From assembly GCA_963754875.1 (NCBI GenBank), contig CAVWHO010000017.1, positions 96,001-160,000 of the forward strand: a stretch of DNA of 64,000 nt. The letters are read 5' to 3'. Source of the DNA: Nitrospirota bacterium (GTDB taxonomy: Bacteria > Nitrospirota > UBA9217). Below, in pieces: positions 62,953 through 64,000 of the stretch (position 1 is the stretch's first letter; each line of letters begins with the position of its first letter). Both the position numbers and the translations under genes were made by a program. The notes under the pieces were generated by a model. It was not told the origin of the DNA. It saw only the letters and a list, made by a program, of their open reading frames with translations, and ran no database searches.

Positions 62953-64000
62953 TGTCAAATGTCAGGACATCGGTTACCCGTTTCTAATGGTCCGAAATGT
63001 CAAGACATCGGTTACCCAAGGCTGGTAACGGAGTCCTCAGGTAGTAAGTCTTCAGGCAATCGGTACTCGAAAGTATCGACAGTGTCGTTCCCGAGGTAGA
63101 GCTGCACTGAATGGATTTTCGTCACAATTTGTGCCCTTACGTAAGAGTATACGAGGTCTTTTGATACCTCGAAGCGTTCACCGAAGATGTCGAGTTTCCG
63201 ATCACTTCGAATGAACCGAATGACAGAAATACATCCATCCGGAATGAAGCTGAGGTCAGGCATCTTGGTATTCGATCCTACTGTTACCGGCGTAAAATTG
63301 TAGGCGGCCTGCCTCATCTCAAAAGGGGTTTTTCCCTTAAGGAAGCTGTAACGGTGATACTTGTTGTGAAACCGCTGGAAATTCTTGCTCTGCCGCTTCA
63401 GAACGGTATAGCTTGAAAACCATTGTCTGTGGTAGAACTTTTTGTCGTAGGTGTTGTTAAAATGCTCAACGACGCCGTTGCGCCACGGTTCGGCAATCGG
63501 GATAAAGACCGGATGGACACCATAGGCCAAGCAAAGCCGTATGACCATTCCGAAAGATCGGGGGTAACGATTGCTGCCGCGGAAGTTCAGCGCATTGTCC
63601 ATCTGGAGATAATCAGGAATCCCCATGGTCTTCCAGCAGCGTAAAAGCCCATGGCAGACGTGGGAATCCTCCTTTGTTCTTTGAGCCTCTATGTATACTT
63701 CACGGTCGAACAGATCGATAACGTTCATCGAATAGAATCTGCCGTCTCCTTTAATGTAACGCGGTCCTACCAGATCCATCTGGTGAATGTTGTTGCTGCA
63801 CAGAGCTTCGATGAAGTAAGGGTATTCGACCCCTTTCGGTACATAGGCTGTTTTTTTTTACGAGCCCTTCGCGCTTCAGCACTCGGTTAATTGTACTATC
63901 CGAAGGGAACGGTAAATCCTGCTTCTTGAGTTCCCACTTGATGGCCGAGACACCGATCTGGGAATAGGGAGCAGCTACCAACTGTTGTCTGGTCGAAAGG
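62953..64000 (-). mobile_element. Second copy of the IS at 12367-13774, running off the window
   Basis: Matches 12367 onward, including the IR and the A9 run. Confidence 0.92.
63012..63779 (-). CDS. IS transposase integrase core (orfB), copy 2
   Basis: Same translation as 12426-13193. Confidence 0.88.
   Translation of the reverse strand: MDLVGPRYIKGDGRFYSMNVIDLFDREVYIEAQRTKEDSHVCHGLLRCWKTMGIPDYLQMDNALNFRGSNRYPRSFGMVIRLCLAYGVHPVFIPIAEPWRNGVVEHFNNTYDKKFYHRQWFSSYTVLKRQSKNFQRFHNKYHRYSFLKGKTPFEMRQAAYNFTPVTVGSNTKMPDLSFIPDGCISVIRFIRSDRKLDIFGERFEVSKDLVYSYVRAQIVTKIHSVQLYLGNDTVDTFEYRLPEDLLPEDSVTSLG

Overview
A roughly 50% GC bacterial accessory region. The gene content (PAS hybrid kinases, GGDEF-EAL, PilZ, DsrC/TusE, Wza/Wzc) would fit an anaerobic Nitrospirota/Desulfobacterota-like organism, but that is inference. 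It centres on an intact initiator tRNA-Met(CAT) at 20027-20103. Five further partial or degenerate copies of this tRNA occur at 16186, 19753, 24611, 32539 and 50721. The three downstream copies carry the tRNA terminator and short arm-like repeats, and divide about 30 kb into integrase-less cargo units. One unit holds a fully reconstructable nest of mobile DNA: a 20-bp palindrome plus a ~0.4 kb non-coding element with 32-bp TTATG/CATAA-core inverted repeats, split by a class C group II intron (44137-50169), whose RT is in turn split by a 4.1 kb four-gene IS21-family element carrying a ParB-like gene (7-bp TSD GAGAACA). Also present: two copies of a frameshifted DDE IS, three intact TA pairs, a decayed SNF2 next to an intact SWIM gene, repeat-rich surface proteins, a sigma28/sigma54 signalling cluster and the start of an exopolysaccharide operon. 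All calls are by eye; no database searches were run.
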